From contig OY821663.2 in the NCBI GenBank assembly GCA_963555975.3, positions 1,785,278 through 1,849,277 on the forward strand: 64,000 nucleotides of DNA. The letters are read 5' to 3'. Numbering within the stretch: position 1 is the first letter of the stretch; each line of letters opens with the position of its first letter. This document shows positions 1-8,132 of this stretch, in pieces. The translations under genes and the position numbers were made by a program. This DNA is from Dehalococcoidia bacterium. Lineage in GTDB: Bacteria > Chloroflexota > Dehalococcoidia > Lucifugimonadales > UBA2985. The notes beneath the pieces are model-generated. The model made no database searches, had not been told where the DNA came from, and was given only the letters and a program-made list of their open reading frames with translations.

Positions 1-1
1 T

Positions 2-415
2 GCCCTGTTCGACGCCATCCAGTCGGTGGACAGCGTTCGCCTGCTGTCTCGAATCGACGCCGCGGCCGGGGATGCGGGCCGCGTCATCGACGTCTACGTG
101 CAGGTGAACCTGGCGGGCGAGGCCGCCAAGGAGGGCGCAAGTCCCGACGATGCGAGGACGCTCGCGGCGCAGGCCGCCGCCTGCGAAAACGTGCGGCTGG
201 CAGGGCTGATGGCGGTGCCGCCGCACGCCGCGGAGCCTGAGGATGCGCGGCCGTACTTCAGGATGCTGCGTGAACTGCGGAACGAGGTGTGCCGGACGGT
301 GGACTGCGCGTCGCTTGGCCTTTCGATGGGCATGACTGCGGACTTCGAGGTTGCGGTGGAGGAGGGCGCGACGCTGGTGAGGGTTGGCTCCGCGATATGG
401 GGCGCGCGACCGTAG
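2..415 (+). CDS. yggS: YggS/PLPBP-family pyridoxal-phosphate-binding protein, 5' end outside the window
   Basis: The frame is open from the window edge. The C-terminal region (GLMAVPP...PYFRMLRELR...LSMGMTADFEVAVEEGATLVRVGSAIWG) matches my recollection of the alanine-racemase-fold YggS family. Confidence 0.8.
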   Translation, partial: ALFDAIQSVDSVRLLSRIDAAAGDAGRVIDVYVQVNLAGEAAKEGASPDDARTLAAQAAACENVRLAGLMAVPPHAAEPEDARPYFRMLRELRNEVCRTVDCASLGLSMGMTADFEVAVEEGATLVRVGSAIWGARP

Positions 416-422
416 GGCTGCT

Positions 423-1130
423 CTAGGCAGGCTCCGAAGGCGTCGAGGGCAGGTCGCGGTACAGATCCACCGCCTCCGCAAGTTCAGCAGCCCGCAGGCT
501 GGCCCAGTCGATGCCGTCCGCCGTCTGGCGCACCAGGCCAACCACCATCGCCGCCTGAAGCTGCGCCTGTCCGCCGTCCGCGCCGGCAGCCAGGTTGTAC
601 CAGAAGAGCGTCACGCTGTCGGCGCGCCCGTCGTCGAATATGCGGCCGAGGATGGCTATGCTGTAGCTCTGCATGGCGGACTTTGCGGAGCCGGTCGTTG
701 GGTCGAGTCCGTCCACGCGCACGCCGATGACCGGGTCAGTGGCTGAGATGTCGAACTGCGTGCCCAGGTATCGGGCCTGGCCCTGAGCGCCCCACTCCCT
801 GAGCGCCGCGCCGACGCTCTGCTCCAGCCAGGCGCTGTACTCCGCGGTCTCCTCGGTTGTGACGCGGCCGGGGCTGACCGGCGCAGGCTGCGAACCGCCG
901 CCGCCCGCCAAGAGCACCGGCAACGCAAGCGAGGCCACCAGCGAGACGGCAACGACTCCCACCACGACCATCTTGAGAGAGGCGAAACCCCTGCTCTCGG
1001 AGCGCGGCTCGTCCATGATAGGACGGTTGGCAAGCTCCTCCACGTCCCTGGGATCAGGGTACTCCCACTCCTCGTATTCGTCTCCGGGGCCGCGTGTGTG
1101 TGCTGGCATGGCAACGTGCTCCGCCGCCAC
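423..1130 (-). CDS. hypothetical single-pass membrane-anchored protein
   Basis: 235-aa ORF with an acidic N-terminus, one hydrophobic helix (MVVVGVVAVSLVASLALPVLLA) and an extracytoplasmic domain. It has high-GC coding-like composition and no recognisable family. Confidence 0.5.
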   Translation of the reverse strand: MAAEHVAMPAHTRGPGDEYEEWEYPDPRDVEELANRPIMDEPRSESRGFASLKMVVVGVVAVSLVASLALPVLLAGGGGSQPAPVSPGRVTTEETAEYSAWLEQSVGAALREWGAQGQARYLGTQFDISATDPVIGVRVDGLDPTTGSAKSAMQSYSIAILGRIFDDGRADSVTLFWYNLAAGADGGQAQLQAAMVVGLVRQTADGIDWASLRAAELAEAVDLYRDLPSTPSEPA

Positions 1131-1223
1131 ATTCTAGGGGAGAACGGGTGAAGGCGCAAATGGCCTAGCCGGGTGCTCGCCCCCTGCTTTCGCAGGGGAG
1201 ACGGCCGTTGTTTCACCCCGCCC

Positions 1224-1830
1224 ATGCTTCGACAGGCTCAGCACGAACGGTATCGGAGCCGCCCTCCACCACTGTCATTGCTATGAAAGTAGGCGTGCCG
1301 GGCGGCTTGCAGGATGAGGCTACCAGTCTCGCAGGCCAGCCACAATTGCGCAAGGTGTCGGCCGCCTACTTTCATCCCCTCACGTGACCTTGGCAAGGCC
1401 ATAGTGATTTCGAGCGGAGTCGAGAAACCTCGGGCAACCGCGTACCGCAACGCCCCGCCCACTGGATTGCGGCTTCCGCCGCAATGACGGTTGAGGGCGG
1501 CGCAGTCCCCCACTGTCATTGCTATGAAAGTAGGCGTGCCGGGCGGCTTGCAAGACCAGTTGACCAGTCTCGCAGGCCAGCCACAATCGCGCAAGGTGTC
1601 GGCCGCCTACTTTCATCCCCTCACGTGACCTTGGCAAGGCCATAGTGATTTCGAGCGGAGCGATAGCGGAGTCGAGAAGCCTCGGGCCGCCACTGGCCGC
1701 GCTCCGCCCCGCACCCCATACACGACTGCCCCTACCGGAGCGGGGCGCGTAGGATTACCGGACATCCTGGATTCTTCGACTCCGCTACGCTGCGCTCAGA
1801 ATGACAACGGCCGCCGCGCTTGCGATTCAC
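1224..1830. repeat. Cluster of intergenic hairpin repeats containing two copies of a ~170-nt unit (1269-1435 and 1510-1686, offset 241 nt)
   Basis: The two long copies are near-identical by eye. Each has an internal inverted repeat, ATGAAAGTAGGCG...CGCCTACTTTCAT. The cluster also holds TTCGACAGGCTCAGCACGAACGG (1227-1250), an ATTGCGGC-TTCC-GCCGCAAT hairpin (about 1466-1487) and CGCTACGCTGCGCTCAGAATGAC (about 1784-1806). Confidence 0.85.
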
Positions 1831-1914
1831 GCCGCCTGGATTGACAATAGGACACGGCTATCATTCGGCTGAGCGAGGCAGGCCGCGCAAGAGCCTCGCA
1901 GGGGGAGGAAACGC

Positions 1915-2211
1915 ATGACCACAAAGGCCAAGACATTCTCGTACCACTGGGGATCGGGCGTGGTTGCCGAGGAGGCTCAGGTGGAAGGCGAGCACCACCT
2001 GCCGACCCTCCAGCTGCTCAAGTACACGGATGGCGAGGCGGCCGGGCAGGTCGCCGTTCGGTTCTGCCACTACGGGCACAGTGGAGGCTTCAATCGCTCG
2101 CCGCTGCTCATGTCGCCGGACGAGATGTCGGACATGGGCAAGGCGCTACGGGAGACGCCGGAGCTGCTGGAGCTTCTCAGGCGCATGGTGGAAGCAGCGC
2201 CCTCCGGCTAG
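1915..2211 (+). CDS. hypothetical small protein (98 aa)
   Basis: ATG is preceded by GGGGGAGG with about 6-nt spacing. No family recognised. Confidence 0.45.
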   Translation: MTTKAKTFSYHWGSGVVAEEAQVEGEHHLPTLQLLKYTDGEAAGQVAVRFCHYGHSGGFNRSPLLMSPDEMSDMGKALRETPELLELLRRMVEAAPSG

Positions 2212-2900
2212 CCGCCGCCTGCCGAGTGGTGGCCTCCGCGCAGCCAGCGATACGTGAGCGCGCCCCCGGCCGCGCCCAGCATTGGCCCGGCCCAGTAGAC
2301 CCAGTGGCTCGACCACACCCAGCCGGCGAGCGCAGGCCCGAACGACCGCGCCGGGTTCATCGACGCTCCAGACACCGGCCCGGCGAACGTGGACTCCAGC
2401 GCAACCGTCATCCCGATTGCCAGCGCGGCCGCATGACCGACTGCCCGCACGTCCGTTGCCACCGCCATTATCACGAACATGAGGATGAATGTCAGCGCTG
2501 CCTCCATGCCCAGCGATTGCACGTCGCTGCCGGAGGGCAGCGTCGCGCCCATGTTGCCCACACGCCCGAACAGCAGCAGGTGTCCGCCTCCGGCCGCGGC
2601 GGCTCCCGCAAGCTGCGCGGCCCAGTACACCGGCGCCTCCCGCCAGGGGAAGTCGCGCGACAGGGCGAAGCCGAGCGTGACCGCGGGATTGATGTGCGCG
2701 CCGGAGACGTGGCCCGTAGAGTAGATCATCGCGGCCACCGCCATGCCTGCGGTGAGGGAGACCCCCAGGTGGCCTATGCCGCCGCCCGTCACGCCGTCGA
2801 CGATGACTGCGCCCGCGGCCGCAAACACCAGTCCCGCGGTTCCAAGCGCCTCGGCTACGGCTCGGCGCAACAGGTGGTCTCTACCGCCAGCGTCCGGCAA
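2208..2900 (-). CDS. MIP-family channel (aquaporin/aquaglyceroporin-like)
   Basis: Two NPA boxes (SGAHINPAVTLGF and GASMNPARSFGPAL) and six hydrophobic segments. The putative TTG start lies 3 nt after the phoU stop. Confidence 0.9.
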   Translation of the reverse strand: MPDAGGRDHLLRRAVAEALGTAGLVFAAAGAVIVDGVTGGGIGHLGVSLTAGMAVAAMIYSTGHVSGAHINPAVTLGFALSRDFPWREAPVYWAAQLAGAAAAGGGHLLLFGRVGNMGATLPSGSDVQSLGMEAALTFILMFVIMAVATDVRAVGHAAALAIGMTVALESTFAGPVSGASMNPARSFGPALAGWVWSSHWVYWAGPMLGAAGGALTYRWLRGGHHSAGGG

Positions 2901-2903
2901 GGG

Positions 2904-3569
2904 CTAGTACCTGGAGACGTTGATCTCGGTCATCTTGCCGGTGACCATGAATATGACGCGCTCCGCAATGTTGGTGGCGCGGTCGGCGATGCGCTCCAGG
3001 TCGTGGGCTACCCACAGCAGGTACGTTGCGCGCTGGATAGTGTTGGTGTCCCGCACCATGAAGAATATCAGTTCCCGGTACACCTGGTCGTAGAGCGCGT
3101 CCACGTCGTCGTCGTCCTTGCAGACGGCCAGGGCCGCCACGGTGTCCCTGTGAACCAGGGCGTCCAGGCTGCGCCGCAGCATGTCGGTTGCCATCTCCGA
3201 CATGCGAGGAAGGTCGATGAGCGGCTTCAGAGGCGGCTCGTCGTCCATCAGGAGGCAGATCTTGGCGATTCCCTCCGCGTAGTCGCCCATGCGCTCCAGC
3301 TCCACGGCAATGTGCAGCATGGTTATGATGCTGCGAAGGTCGCCCGCCATAGGCTGCTGCGTGGCTATCAGCTCGATGCACTGCTCCTCGAGCGTGTACC
3401 GCTTGCTGTCGATGTAGTCGTCCTCGCGGATGACCTGGCGCGCGGCCTCCGTGTCGCGGCGTTTGAGCGCGTCCAGCGACTTGGCGATGGCCTTCTCAAC
3501 CATGCTGCCCAGGATGAGCAGGTCGCTCTGGAGCATCCGTAGATGCCTGTCGAAATCCGCTCTGACCAT
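2904..3569 (-). CDS. phoU: phosphate signalling complex protein PhoU
   Basis: 221 aa from the ATG at 3569, with GGAGGGAGG upstream. It has a duplicated PhoU fold with the E/D-x-x-x-D-type motifs ELERMGDYAEG and DLERIADRATN. It is the last gene of the pst operon. Confidence 0.9.
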   Translation of the reverse strand: MVRADFDRHLRMLQSDLLILGSMVEKAIAKSLDALKRRDTEAARQVIREDDYIDSKRYTLEEQCIELIATQQPMAGDLRSIITMLHIAVELERMGDYAEGIAKICLLMDDEPPLKPLIDLPRMSEMATDMLRRSLDALVHRDTVAALAVCKDDDDVDALYDQVYRELIFFMVRDTNTIQRATYLLWVAHDLERIADRATNIAERVIFMVTGKMTEINVSRY

Positions 3570-3604
3570 GACTCCACCTCCCTCCGTGCGCGTGTACAAC
3601 CGCG

Positions 3605-4447
3605 TCAGCTGAAGCGGCCGGTGATGTAGGCCTCCGTGTGCTCGCTCCTCGGGTTGGTGAACACCTCGCTGGTTGGGCCGTACTCCACCAGGTAGCCGGC
3701 CCTGTCCTCGTCCATCATCAGGAAGGCCGTGTGGTGCGAAACGCGGGCCGCCTGCTGCATGTTGTGCGTCACGATGATGATGGTGACCTCCTGCGACAGC
3801 TCGCGGATCAGCTCCTCTATCGCCAGCGTGGCCATTGGATCCAGCGCCGAGCACGGCTCGTCCATGAGGATGACCTCCGGCTCCACGGCCAGCGCCCGCG
3901 CAATGCACAGCCGTTGCTGCTGGCCGCCGGAGAGCTGGAGGGCGCTGCGCTTCAGCCGGTCCTTCACCTCGTCCCAGAGGGCGGCGCGCCGGAGAGAACG
4001 CTCCACGCGCTCGCCGGTGTTGCCGCTGATGCCGTTCACCTTCAGCCCGAACGCCACGTTCTCGTAGATGGATTTGGGAAACGGGTTGGGCTTCTGAAAC
4101 ACCATGCCGATGCGGCTGCGAAGCTCCACGGGATCCACGCCCGCGCCGTAGATGTTCTCGCCCTGGTAGAGCACCTCGCCCGCAACGTTGCCGCCGGGCG
4201 TCATCTCGTGCATTCGGTTGAGGCAGCGCACCAGCGTGCTCTTGCCGCAGCCGGACGGCCCGATGATGGCGCTCACCCGCCGGGCGTAGAGCGACAGCGA
4301 GACGTCCTTGACGGCGCGGTGATCGCCGTAGTACGCCTGCAAATTGCGTATGTCTATGACCGACTCCGCCGCGGTGTCTCTGGCCGATTCCACCGTCTCC
4401 TCCGCCTGTTGAGTCTGGCGCATATTCAAGAATTTCTCCGTTACCAT
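3605..4447 (-). CDS. pstB: phosphate ABC transporter ATP-binding protein PstB
   Basis: Walker [10 protein letters not shown], signature LSGGQQQRL and Walker [12 protein letters not shown]. The start overlaps the pstA stop (ATGGTAA). Confidence 0.95.
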   Translation of the reverse strand: MVTEKFLNMRQTQQAEETVESARDTAAESVIDIRNLQAYYGDHRAVKDVSLSLYARRVSAIIGPSGCGKSTLVRCLNRMHEMTPGGNVAGEVLYQGENIYGAGVDPVELRSRIGMVFQKPNPFPKSIYENVAFGLKVNGISGNTGERVERSLRRAALWDEVKDRLKRSALQLSGGQQQRLCIARALAVEPEVILMDEPCSALDPMATLAIEELIRELSQEVTIIIVTHNMQQAARVSHHTAFLMMDEDRAGYLVEYGPTSEVFTNPRSEHTEAYITGRFS

Positions 4448-5337
4448 CTGCTTCTCCTAGAGTATACGTTGCGCACAATTATGGCAACCGCGTTCATCAT
4501 CATCAGCACCGTCAGAAGCAGCACAATGCCCGCCGCGGCGTTCTCCTGGAACGCCGGGAGCGGCCTGCCTATCCAGCTGTAGATCTGCACCGGCAGCACC
4601 GTGAACGAGTCGGTGGGCGACGTGGGCACGAACAGCACGGTCGTGAACGCACCGACCACTATCAGCGGCGCCGTCTCGCCTATGGCTCTTGCCAGCGCCA
4701 GAATGAAGCCGGTCAGTATGGTCGGCACGGCTGCCGGCAGCACCTGGTGCCAGACGGCCTGCCAGCGCGTGGCGCCCAGCGCCATCGCCGCCTCTCGCAT
4801 GGAGGGCGGCACAGACCGCAGCCCCTCTCGCGAGGCCACTATGATGATGGGCAGTATCAGCAGCGCAAGCGTGAGCGCCCCTGCCAGGATGCTGCGGCCC
4901 AGGCCCATCCCGTACACGAAGACCGCCAGCCCCAGCAGCCCGTACACCACCGAGGGCACGCCCGCAAGGTTGTTGATATTGATCTCGATTACGCGGGTTA
5001 TCCAGGAGCGCCGGGCGAACTCCTCCAGGTATATGGCAGCGCCCACGCCCGCGATGATGGCGAACAACGCCGTGAACGCCATGACCCACAGCGTGCCGGC
5101 CAGCGCGGACTTTGCGCCCGCCTCCTCCGGCTTGTAGGAGGGGTAGCTGTTGATGAAGTCCAGGCCAAGTACGCCGATGCCGTCCCGCGCTACGGTTATC
5201 AGCAGCACCGCAAGCACCACCACGCCCAGGAACGACGCCGTCATCGCCAGCGCCACGAACGCCGCGCCGCGGCCTCTGCGAAAGCCGTGGCCCCTGCGCG
5301 CCTTCCCGCCCCTGCTTATCGTGATGTTGCGTATCAC
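4441..5337 (-). CDS. pstA: phosphate ABC transporter permease PstA
   Basis: A GTG start overlaps the pstC stop (GTGA at 5337-5334). It is a multi-TM permease containing ...[13 protein letters not shown]... Confidence 0.88.
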   Translation of the reverse strand: MIRNITISRGGKARRGHGFRRGRGAAFVALAMTASFLGVVVLAVLLITVARDGIGVLGLDFINSYPSYKPEEAGAKSALAGTLWVMAFTALFAIIAGVGAAIYLEEFARRSWITRVIEININNLAGVPSVVYGLLGLAVFVYGMGLGRSILAGALTLALLILPIIIVASREGLRSVPPSMREAAMALGATRWQAVWHQVLPAAVPTILTGFILALARAIGETAPLIVVGAFTTVLFVPTSPTDSFTVLPVQIYSWIGRPLPAFQENAAAGIVLLLTVLMMMNAVAIIVRNVYSRRSRW

Positions 5338-6287
5338 TCGTATATCTCCCTGAACTTTGCCAGCACAAGCTGAGCCAGCAGGTTGAGCGACAGCGTGAAC
5401 AGGAACAGCATGAGGCCCACGGCGAAGATGCTCTCGTACTCCACGGTGCCGCGCGGCGTGTCTCCGGTGGCAACCTCCATGATGTACGCCGTCATGGTCT
5501 GCATGGCCTCCAGCGGGTTCCACGACAGGTTGGAGACGCCGCCCGCGGCGATGGTGACTATCATCGTCTCGCCGACGGCCCGCGCCAGCGCGAGCAGGGC
5601 CGCGGCAACGATGCCGGACAGCGCCGCCGGCACCACTACCTTCACCGACACCTGGAAGCGGTCCGACCCGACCGCGTACGCCCCCTCGCGCAGCGACGTG
5701 GGCACGGCGCGCATTGCGTCCTCGCTGAGCGACGCCACCATAGGTATCAGCATCACGCCCATCGCCATAGCCGCGCCCAGCGCGGTGAATATCGTGTCCG
5801 TGTTGAACAGCGGTTTGATTATGGACGGGTTGATGAAAGATATGGCGAAGAACCCGAACACCACGGTCGGGATGCCCGCCAGAACCTCCAGTACGGGCTT
5901 CACCGTGGAGCGTATGCCCTCGGGCGCGTACTCGCTCAGGTAGATTGCGGTAAGCAGGCCCACCGGAAACGCTATGCCCAGCGCCATGAATGAGATGAGC
6001 GCGGTTGCCGAGAGGAGGGGCAGCACGCCGAACTGCTTTATCGAGAAGAGCGGCGTCCACTCCGTGCCGGTCAGGAACTCGACCACCGACACCTCGCGGA
6101 AGAAGAGCAGCGCTTCCTCCAGCAGCACCAGCACTATGCCCACGGTCGTCACCACGGACACCAGCGCGCATGTGAACAGGAACGCGAGGATGGGCGCTTC
6201 CCGCAGCCTCTGCCGGAGGCGCCGCTTTCTCGCAGACTCGGCGATGGTGTTCGCCAACCTACTGCGTCCTCTCCAGGACATCGCCAA
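5334..6287 (-). CDS. pstC: phosphate ABC transporter permease PstC
   Basis: Multi-TM permease with LREGAYAVGSDRFQ in the EAA-loop region. It sits between pstS and pstA. The start is uncertain (6287 or 6281). Confidence 0.88.
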   Translation of the reverse strand: MAMSWRGRSRLANTIAESARKRRLRQRLREAPILAFLFTCALVSVVTTVGIVLVLLEEALLFFREVSVVEFLTGTEWTPLFSIKQFGVLPLLSATALISFMALGIAFPVGLLTAIYLSEYAPEGIRSTVKPVLEVLAGIPTVVFGFFAISFINPSIIKPLFNTDTIFTALGAAMAMGVMLIPMVASLSEDAMRAVPTSLREGAYAVGSDRFQVSVKVVVPAALSGIVAAALLALARAVGETMIVTIAAGGVSNLSWNPLEAMQTMTAYIMEVATGDTPRGTVEYESIFAVGLMLFLFTLSLNLLAQLVLAKFREIYE

Positions 6288-7347
6288 TGGGGGTGCCGGC
6301 CGGAACGTCCTTGAAGACGGAGCCGGTCGTTCTGCCCTCCAGCCTGTCGAGGGCCCAGGCGTATACGTCCGCAGGCAGCGGCACGTAGCCGACTGCGCTG
6401 ACCAAGCTGGGCGCTTCCTCGATATAGAACCGCACGAACGCCTCCAGTTCCGGCCTCTCGTCGATGTTGTCCGCTCTCACATAGATGAGGATGGGCCTTG
6501 CCAGCGGCAGGTAGTCGCCCGCCTCCACCGTCTCCGCGGAGGGTTCCACGCACTCGCCCGTGGCGGGGTTCACTATCTCCGCGCCCTTCACCAGCTCCTG
6601 GTACTGCGCGTAGTACGCCAGCCCAAAGTAGCCGACGCCGCCGCGAGAGCCGTTCACGCCCTGCGCTATAAGGGGGTCTTCCTCGGTTGCCAGGTTCATG
6701 TCGCCGCGGTGCGCGCCGCCCTCGTCCATGATGGCCTCGGTGAAGTAGTCGAACGTGCCCGATGCGGTGGTCGGCCCGTACAGGCTCAGGTTCACGTCCG
6801 GGAAGGACGAATCCACCTGGTTCCAGTTGGTGATGACTCCTTGCGCCTCCGGCCCGAATATGGTCGCAAGGTGCTCGACGGTCAGGCACCCGGCCCAGTC
6901 GTTCTCCGGGCTGACGACCACGGATAGGGCGTCGAACGCCACGGGTATCTCGATGACCTCGATGCCGTTCTCGGCGCAGGTGTCAAGCTCGGACTGCTTT
7001 GCCGGCCTGGATGCGTCCCACACGTCGATCTCGCCCGCGCACATGGCGCGGCCGCCCGCGCCCGTGCCGGTGGATCCCACGTTCACCCGCACGTCCGACT
7101 CCACGCCCTTGAACTCCACGGCCATTGCCTCACTTATGGGGAAAACCGTGCTGGAGCCTGCCACTGCCACCACGCCGCTCAGGCCGTTCGTCGATGGGTC
7201 GGTGGCGCCTGGCGCGGTGGTGGCCGCCGGCTCACCGCCGCACGCGGCCATGACTGCCGCCGCCAGCAGAGCCAACAAGAGGACTCCCGCTAGAGCGCGG
7301 AAGCCCGCCAGCCTGGTCTTGAGTGTCCCGATTGCCGGTCTCATCAT
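6259..7347 (-). CDS. pstS: phosphate-binding protein PstS (probable lipoprotein)
   Basis: Signal peptide ending AAVMAAC (lipobox-like) and a periplasmic-binding-protein body (GSSTVFPISEA...). It is the first gene of pstSCAB-phoU. Confidence 0.88.
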   Translation of the reverse strand: MMRPAIGTLKTRLAGFRALAGVLLLALLAAAVMAACGGEPAATTAPGATDPSTNGLSGVVAVAGSSTVFPISEAMAVEFKGVESDVRVNVGSTGTGAGGRAMCAGEIDVWDASRPAKQSELDTCAENGIEVIEIPVAFDALSVVVSPENDWAGCLTVEHLATIFGPEAQGVITNWNQVDSSFPDVNLSLYGPTTASGTFDYFTEAIMDEGGAHRGDMNLATEEDPLIAQGVNGSRGGVGYFGLAYYAQYQELVKGAEIVNPATGECVEPSAETVEAGDYLPLARPILIYVRADNIDERPELEAFVRFYIEEAPSLVSAVGYVPLPADVYAWALDRLEGRTTGSVFKDVPAGTPIGDVLERTQ

Positions 7348-7384
7348 TCGTTTCTTGAACCTCCGTGCAGTCTATTGACGCTCC

Positions 7385-7428
7385 GTTAACGGAGCATTAA
7401 CTCGCCGTTAAGCGACCGTTAAGTGATT
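7385..7428 (-). promoter_or_regulatory. Candidate Pho-box array I: four direct repeats at exact 11-bp phase upstream of pstS
   Basis: GTTAAC, ATTAAC, GTTAAG and GTTAAG begin at 7385, 7396, 7407 and 7418 (TTAAC-type units in the pstS sense). The nearest unit lies about 10 nt upstream of a TAGACT -10-like hexamer. Confidence 0.55.
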
Positions 7429-7513
7429 GCTGGAGCGGGTCGGGGTAGCAGCGCCACCCGCTCACACCGTCCCCTTACAGATTGAGTCATCGACTACAGG
7501 ATACACGGCGCAG

Positions 7514-7557
7514 GTTAACGGGCGGTTAGAGCGGCGTTAAGGCGCGGTTAGGAGTTG
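7514..7557 (-). promoter_or_regulatory. Candidate Pho-box array II: a second set of four 11-bp-phased repeats
   Basis: GTTAAC, GTTAGA, GTTAAG and GTTAGG begin at 7514, 7525, 7536 and 7547. Confidence 0.45.
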
Positions 7558-7559
7558 GT

Positions 7560-8115
7560 GAAGGTGTGGCTTGCGCCGCCGCAACCGTCATTGCGGCGAA
7601 AGCCGCAATCCAGTCCCCATACTGCCGCGCGCCGCCTCTCCCTATTCCCGCGCACGCGGGAATCCACCAAGCCGACCGTCGCCTTGGTACACGGTCAAGG
7701 CCGGCACCACCCTGCCCACTGATTGCGGCTGAACCTGCCCTGAGCGCAGCCGAATGGGCCGCAATGACGGTTGTGGGAGGCGGCCCCGTTCGTGCTGAGC
7801 CAGTGGAAGCATGGACAAGGAGACGCGCGCCCACGCCGCCTCCACTCTGGCCGTCATTGCGGCGGAAGCCGCAATCCAGAGGCATTTACGGTGTACCATT
7901 GCGGCAGCCGGCTGAGTGGATACCCGCCTGCGCGGGAAGAGGGGGATGACACGCGGCCGTGAGCAGCGCAGCCACGCCCCGCCGCACAACCGCGGCGCGA
8001 GTCGATTGTGGAGCGGCGCGTGGCACGCTGGCGGAAGCGGGCCTGGATTGCGGCTTCCGCCGCAATGACGGTTGCGGGAGGCGGCCCCGTTCGTGCTGAG
8101 CCGGTCGGAGCATGA
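7560..8115. repeat. REP-like hairpin repeat cluster
   Basis: Multiple ATTGCGGC-(GAAA/GGAA/TTCC)-GCCGCAAT hairpins (about 7586-7610, 7856-7880, 8047-8068). There are also CCCGC-N-GCGGG hairpins (about 7645-7665, 7921-7935) and CCGTTCGTGCTGAGCC units (7786-7814, 8086-8113). The overlapping ORFs are translation artefacts. Confidence 0.85.
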
Positions 8116-8132
8116 ACGGGGATACGCCCACC

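Noticed and set aside
1238-1643. ORFs 1238-1594 and 1380-1643 within the duplicated 170-nt repeat; also considered a CRISPR array.
   Set aside because: The ORFs arise from the duplication itself. There are only two long copies with a structured spacer, the repeats are far longer than CRISPR repeats, and there are no cas genes. This is not a CRISPR array.
2226-3542. Long antisense or out-of-frame ORFs typical of high-GC DNA. Examples are 2226-3542, 3638-4582, 4457-5473, 8112-9407, 11733-13058, 15803-17002, 20959-22044, 22848-24980, 22885-24153, 25493-27019, 34308-35723, 34640-36019, 46749-47957, 59760-61139 and 61783-63432.
   Set aside because: Each overlaps a gene with clear family motifs on the other strand or in another frame. 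Their translations are Arg/Ala/Gly/Pro-rich low-complexity sequence with no motifs.
7526-8131. ORFs of 63-127 aa on both strands (for example 7526-7885, 7566-7949, 7642-7989, 7886-8131).
   Set aside because: They are made entirely of REP-like hairpin repeats (peptides such as IPACAGI, SLRRKPQS, PFVLS). They overlap each other on both strands and have no RBS or start context, so they are translation artefacts.
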